A stretch of 2,827 bases of DNA from Enterobacteria phage CUS-3: the sequence record FN394987.1. One strand, 5' to 3'. A program made the translations under genes and the position numbers. Positions 1-2,827 of this stretch are shown one piece after another. The notes under the pieces were generated by a model. It was not told where the DNA came from and ran no database searches. It was given only the letters and a program-made list of their open reading frames with translations. The first letter of the stretch is position 1. Each line of letters opens with the position of its first letter.

Positions 1-543
1 ATGGCGCGCCCAACAAAGTATCAAGAGGCGTATGCCGAACAGGCACGCAAACTGTGCTTGCTGGGCTACACCGATGCAGAGCTTGCTGATTTCTTCGAAG
101 TCAGTGAGTCAACTATTAACAAGTGGAAGCTTGATTATCCTGAGTTTTCGGAGTCCATAAAAAAGGGTAAGGCCGTCGCTGATGCAGAAGTTAGTGACCG
201 TCTTTATCAACGCGCTATGGGCTTCGTGGCTCCAGACATCGATATTCGTGTTATTGAAAACAGAATTGTCGAAACTCCTCTTGAGAAGTATTACCCGCCT
301 GATACAACAGCTGCCATCTTCTGGCTTAAGAACCGACAGAAGGATAAATGGCGCGACAAGGTTGATCACGAGCTAACAGGCAAAGACGGCGGCGCAATCC
401 AGATTGAAACATCACCGATGAGTACTCTATTCGGAAAANNNNNNNNNNNNNNNNNNNNNNNNNNNNNNNNNNNNNNNNNNNNNNNNNNNNNNNNNNNNNN
501 NNNNNNNNNNNNNNNNNNNNNNNNNNNNNNNNNNNNNNTCTGA
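1..543 (+). CDS. Phage small terminase subunit-like protein (helix-turn-helix DNA-binding N-terminus); visible 1-438, 3' end hidden in N run
   Basis: ATG at 1-3 opens frame 1: MARPTKYQEAYAEQARKLCLLGYTDAELADFFEVSESTINKWKLDYPEFSESIKKGKAVADAEVSDRLYQRAMGF...WRDKVDHELTGKDGGAIQIETSPMSTLFGK. The layout (short N-terminal HTH-like segment, then a conserved core, ending in a GKDGG-type C-terminal region) matches what I remember of Sf6/lambdoid-type small terminase subunits. The first in-frame stop (TGA 541-543) lies just after the N run 439-538, so the true stop may be inside the masked 100 nt. No upstream context is available because the ORF starts at window position 1. Confidence 0.6.
   Translation: MARPTKYQEAYAEQARKLCLLGYTDAELADFFEVSESTINKWKLDYPEFSESIKKGKAVADAEVSDRLYQRAMGFVAPDIDIRVIENRIVETPLEKYYPPDTTAAIFWLKNRQKDKWRDKVDHELTGKDGGAIQIETSPMSTLFGKXXXXXXXXXXXXXXXXXXXXXXXXXXXXXXXXXX
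439..538. other. Run of 100 N (unresolved or masked bases)
   Basis: Directly visible in the sequence. It hides the 3' end of the terminase-like ORF and whatever lies upstream of the tailspike-like frame. Confidence 1.
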
Positions 544-1762
544 GCCATGTGTAAAATATTATGATGGCATTCTGTATCTGACGACCAGGGGGACATTAAG
601 TACTCAACCCGGTAGTTCATTGCACAGAAGCTCTGATTTAGGTACATCATGGAATTCTCTTCGCTTCCCAAATAATGTTCATCACTCAAACCTTCCTTTT
701 GCCAAAGTTGGCGATGAGCTGATTATTTTTGGCAGTGAGCGCGCATTTGGTGAGTGGGAAGGAGGAGAACCTGATAACCGTTATGCAGGAAACTATCCAA
801 GAACATTTATGACCAGAGTTAACGTCAATGAGTGGAGTCTGGATAATGTAGAGTGGGTTAATGTTACTGATCAGATTTATCAGGGCGGAATAGTTAACTC
901 TGCGGTTGGTGTTGGTTCAGTTTGTATCAAAGACAACTGGCTGTACTACATTTTCGGTGGGGAAGACTTTCTAAACCCATGGAGCATAGGGGATAACAAC
1001 AGAAAATATCCTTATGTTCACGATGGTCACNNNNNNNNNNNNNNNNNNNNNNNNNNNNNNNNNNNNNNNNNNNNNNNNNNNNNNNNNNNNNNNNNNNNNN
1101 NNNNNNNNNNNNNNNNNNNNNNNNNNNNNNNNNNNNNNNNNNNNNNNNNNNNNNNNNNNNNNNNNNNNNNNNNNNNNNNNNNNNNNNNNNNNNNNNNNNN
1201 NNNNNNNNNNNNNNNNNNNNNNNNNNNNNNNNNNNNNNNNNNNNNNNNNNNNNNNNNNNNNNNNNNNNNNNNNNNNNNNNNNNNNNNNNNNNNNNNNNNN
1301 NNNNNNNNNNNNNNNNNNNNNAGCGGCGGTGAAACAACGTCTTCAGCAGATGGTGCAATGATAACGTTGCATGGTTCCGGAAGCAGTACTCCACGTCGCG
1401 CGGTATATAACGCACTCGAACATCTTTTTGAGAACGGAGATGTTAAACCTTATCTTGATAATGTAAATGCTCTTGGTGGTCCGGGAAACAGGTTCTCGAC
1501 AGTTTATCTTGGCTCCAATCCTGTGGTTACCAGTGACGGAACATTAAAGACAGAGCCGGTCTCTCCTGACGAAGCATTGCTGGATGCCTGGGGTGACGTC
1601 AGGTATATCGCTTATAAATGGCTGAACGCTGTCGCTATAAAGGGGGAAGAAGGGGCGAGGATACATCATGGTGTAATCGCGCAGCAACTTCGTGATGTTC
1701 TTATTTCTCACGGACTCATGGAAGAAGAAAGCACAACATGCCGCTATGCCTTTCTTTGCTAT
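539..1762 (+). CDS. Tailspike/tail-fibre protein, endosialidase-like (sialidase Asp-box beta-propeller segment plus C-terminal intramolecular chaperone domain); partial at both ends, both ends inside N runs
   Basis: Frame 2 has no stop in any visible base from 539 to 1030 and from 1322 to 1762 (translated codon by codon). The two visible blocks are in the same frame across the 291-nt N run, which is a multiple of 3. Block 1: SEPCVKYYDGILYLTTRGTLSTQPGSSLHRSSDLGTSWNSLRFPNNVHHSNLPFAKVGDELIIFGSERAFGEWEGGEPDNRYAGNYPRTFMTRVNVNEWSLDNVEWVNVTDQIYQGGIVNSAVGVGSVCIKDNWLYYIFGGEDFLNPWSIGDNNRKYPYVHDGH. Block 2: SGGETTSSADGAMITLHGSGSSTPRRAVYNALEHLFENGDVKPYLDNVNALGGPGNRFSTVYLGSNPVVTSDGTLKTEPVSPDEALLDAWGDVRYIAYKWLNAVAIKGEEGARIHHGVIAQQLRDVLISHGLMEEESTTCRYAFLCY. 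The six-frame track lists no ORF here, apparently because no stop codon bounds it inside visible sequence. Start and stop are not visible; coordinates are the first and last visible codons. Confidence 0.7.
629..652 (+). other. Sialidase-type Asp-box (BNR) motif S-S-D-L-G-T-S-W
   Basis: Codons 629-652 read AGC TCT GAT TTA GGT ACA TCA TGG, i.e. SSDLGTSW. This fits the Asp-box consensus S-x-D-x-G-x-T/S-W that marks beta-propeller sialidases, including phage endosialidases. Only one copy is visible; others could lie in the masked 1031-1321. Confidence 0.6.
1031..1321. other. Run of 291 N (unresolved or masked), internal to the tailspike-like frame
   Basis: Directly visible. Length 291 = 97 codons, and the reading frame is the same on both sides. 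Confidence 1.
1532..1762 (+). other. C-terminal intramolecular chaperone domain (Peptidase S74, 'chaperone of endosialidase' type) with predicted Ser|Asp autoproteolytic site; domain continues into the N run
   Basis: Motif ...GSNPVVTS|DGTLKTEP...(about 35 aa)...IHHGVIAQQLRDVL. Ser is codon 1532-1534, Asp is codon 1535-1537, and GVIAQQ is 1670-1687. The pattern S-D-x-x-L-K followed 30-40 residues later by G-[LIV]-I-A-Q-[EQ] is the signature of the self-cleaving C-terminal chaperone of endosialidases, phage T5 L-shaped tail fibre and related tailspikes (family knowledge, from memory). Confidence 0.75.
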
Positions 1763-2179
1763 NNNNNNNNNNNNNNNNNNNNNNNNNNNNNNNNNNNNNN
1801 NNNNNNNNNNNNNNNNNNNNNNNNNNNNNNNNNNNNNNNNNNNNNNNNNNNNNNNNNNNNNNNNNNNNNNNNNNNNNNNNNNNNNNNNNNNNNNNNNNNN
1901 NNNNNNNNNNNNNNNNNNNNNNNNNNNNNNNNNNNNNNNNNNNNNNNNNNNNNNNNNNNNNNNNNNNNNNNNNNNNNNNNNNNNNNNNNNNNNNNNNNNN
2001 NNNNNNNNNNNNNNNNNNNNNNNNNNNNNNNNNNNNNNNNNNNNNNNNNNNNNNNNNNNNNNNNNNNNNNNNNNNNNNNNNNNNNNNNNNNNNNNNNNNN
2101 NNNNNNNNNNNNNNNNNNNNNNNNNNNNNNNNNNNNNNNNNNNNNNNNNNNNNNNNNNNNNNNNNNNNNNNNNNNNNNN
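1763..2179. other. Run of 417 N (unresolved or masked) hiding the tailspike 3' end, the intergenic region and the acetyltransferase 5' region
   Basis: Directly visible. It ends exactly one base before the ATG at 2180. Confidence 1.
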
Positions 2180-2827
2180 ATGTTGTTTTCCGTTGATGAT
2201 AATGGGTCAGGTAATGTTTTTGTATGTGGAGATCTTGTAAATAGCAAAGAGAATAAAGTTCAGTTCAATGGAAACAATAACAAACTTATTATAGAAGATG
2301 ATGTTGAGTGTCGATGGCTTACCGTAATATTTAGGGGTGATAATAATTACGTAAGAATACATAAAAACAGTAAGATTAAAGGTGATATTGTCGCAACAAA
2401 AGGTTCAAAAGTTATTATCGGTAGAAGAACGACAATAGGTGCAGGTTTTGAAGTCGTCACTGATAAGTGCAATGTTACAATTGGCCATGACTGCATGATA
2501 GCAAGAGATGTTATTTTGCGTGCATCAGATGGGCATCCTATATTTGATATTCATAGCAAAAAAAGGATTAATTGGGCAAAAGATATCATTATATCTAGTT
2601 ACGTATGGGTAGGGAGAAATGTCTCTATAATGAAAGGAGTATCTGTTGGAAGCGGATCTGTCATTGGGTATGGGAGTATTGTAACTAAAGATGTGCCATC
2701 TATGTGTGCAGCAGCCGGTAATCCAGCAAAAATAATAAAAAGAAATATAATATGGGCAAGAACGGATAAAGCGGAGCTAATTAGTGATGACAAGAGATGC
2801 TCCAGCTATCATGCGAAGCTCACGCAA
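2180..2827 (+). CDS. neuO: Hexapeptide-repeat (left-handed beta-helix) sugar O-acetyltransferase, NeuO-like polysialic acid O-acetyltransferase; 3' end runs off the window, true start may lie upstream in the N run
   Basis: Frame 2 is open from ATG 2180 to the window end (216 codons, no stop): MLFSVDDNGSGNVFVCGDLVNSKENKVQFNGNNNKLIIEDDVECRWLTVIFRGDNNYVRIHKNSKIKGDIVATKGSKVIIGRRTTIGAGFEVVTDKCNVTIGHDCMIARDVILRASDGHPIFDIHSKKRINWAKDIIISSYVWVGRNVSIMKGVSVGSGSVIGYGSIVTKDVPSMCAAAGNPAKIIKRNIIWARTDKAELISDDKRCSSYHAKLTQ. Repeated [LIV]-G-x-x-x-x-[IV] hexapeptide units (IGAGFEVV, IGHDCMI, VGRNVSI, VGSGSVI, IGYGSIV) and the C-terminal ...AAGNPAKIIK... are typical of LacA/Maa/NeuD-type acetyltransferases. A His sits in a DGHP loop (codon 2534-2536) with a Trp 24 residues later (codon 2606-2608). 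The gene is AT-rich (hand-sampled G+C about 30-35%, against about 45-50% upstream) and lies directly downstream of a sialidase-like tailspike, as neuO does in K1-specific P22-like prophage. The symbol is my best recognition; confidence in the acetyltransferase family is higher (about 0.8) than in the neuO identity. The six-frame track lists no ORF here, apparently because no stop codon lies inside the window. Confidence 0.55.
   Translation, partial: MLFSVDDNGSGNVFVCGDLVNSKENKVQFNGNNNKLIIEDDVECRWLTVIFRGDNNYVRIHKNSKIKGDIVATKGSKVIIGRRTTIGAGFEVVTDKCNVTIGHDCMIARDVILRASDGHPIFDIHSKKRINWAKDIIISSYVWVGRNVSIMKGVSVGSGSVIGYGSIVTKDVPSMCAAAGNPAKIIKRNIIWARTDKAELISDDKRCSSYHAKLTQ

Noticed and set aside
109-369. 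Track ORF 109-369 (-), 86 aa, and track ORF 182-376 (+), 64 aa
   Set aside because: Both lie wholly inside the terminase-like ORF in alternative frames or antisense and have no recognisable motifs; ordinary shadow ORFs.
1-438. Possible pac (packaging initiation) site inside the small terminase gene, as in P22/Sf6-type headful phages
   Set aside because: I cannot identify a specific pac sequence by eye; suggested by family knowledge only, with no support in the sequence.
541-565. ATG at 547-549 just after the terminase stop, as a possible tailspike start
   Set aside because: It is in frame 1 (atg tgt aaa ata tta tga) and stops after five codons. The tailspike-like frame is frame 2 and is already open at 539, so its start lies in or before the N run.
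366-689. Track ORF 366-689 (-), 107 aa
   Set aside because: Antisense to two confident + strand coding regions, and about one third of its translation is X from the N run; no support.
927-1415. Track ORFs 927-1415 (-) and 1014-1361 (+)
   Set aside because: More than half of each translation is X from the 291-nt N run; the only real residues overlap the tailspike frame in other frames. Artefacts of translating N.
1692-2247. Track ORFs 1692-2240 (+), 1738-2196 (+) and 1759-2247 (-)
   Set aside because: Each is almost entirely X from the 417-nt N run. Their visible ends are out of frame with the two supported genes (tailspike frame 2 upstream, acetyltransferase frame 2 downstream).
2558-2564. 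A7 homopolymer inside the acetyltransferase coding sequence (codons AGC AAA AAA AGG)
   Set aside because: Seven A's is short for a reliable slipped-strand switch and it encodes an ordinary Lys-Lys. Any phase variation is more likely at a repeat tract hidden in the upstream N run.
2599-2793. Track ORF 2599-2793 (-), 64 aa
   Set aside because: Antisense within the hexapeptide acetyltransferase gene; its low-complexity hydrophobic translation is the usual product of reading an AT-rich gene backwards.
1-2827. tRNA, rRNA, CRISPR arrays, IS elements, inverted-repeat terminators
   Set aside because: None seen in the visible bases. All intergenic regions where promoters or terminators would sit are inside N runs, so their absence is uninformative.

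Overview
2827-nt window, 29% of which is unresolved: three N runs (439-538, 1031-1321, 1763-2179; 808 nt). All believable coding sequence is on the + strand. (1) 1-438 encodes the N-terminal ~146 aa of a phage small terminase subunit-like protein. (2) 539-1762 is one open frame (frame 2, continuous across the 291-nt N run) encoding part of a tailspike or tail-fibre protein: a sialidase-type Asp-box (S-S-D-L-G-T-S-W) in a beta-propeller-like segment, and the start of a C-terminal intramolecular chaperone domain (Peptidase S74 type) with the Ser|Asp autocleavage motif (VVTS|DGTLK ... HHGVIAQQL). (3) 2180-2827 encodes at least 216 aa of a hexapeptide-repeat (left-handed beta-helix) sugar O-acetyltransferase, AT-rich and running off the window end. 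The pairing of a sialidase-like tailspike with a downstream low-GC acetyltransferase matches the K1 polysialic-acid module of P22-like prophages (CUS-3 type: endosialidase tailspike followed by neuO). I therefore read this as a known kind of capsule-targeting and capsule-modifying prophage module rather than a new system. Main caveats: every gene junction, start, stop and intergenic region lies inside an N run, so gene boundaries, promoters, terminators and any repeat tract cannot be seen. A small terminase directly next to a tailspike is not a normal phage gene order. All similarity statements come from motif recognition and memory, not from a search.
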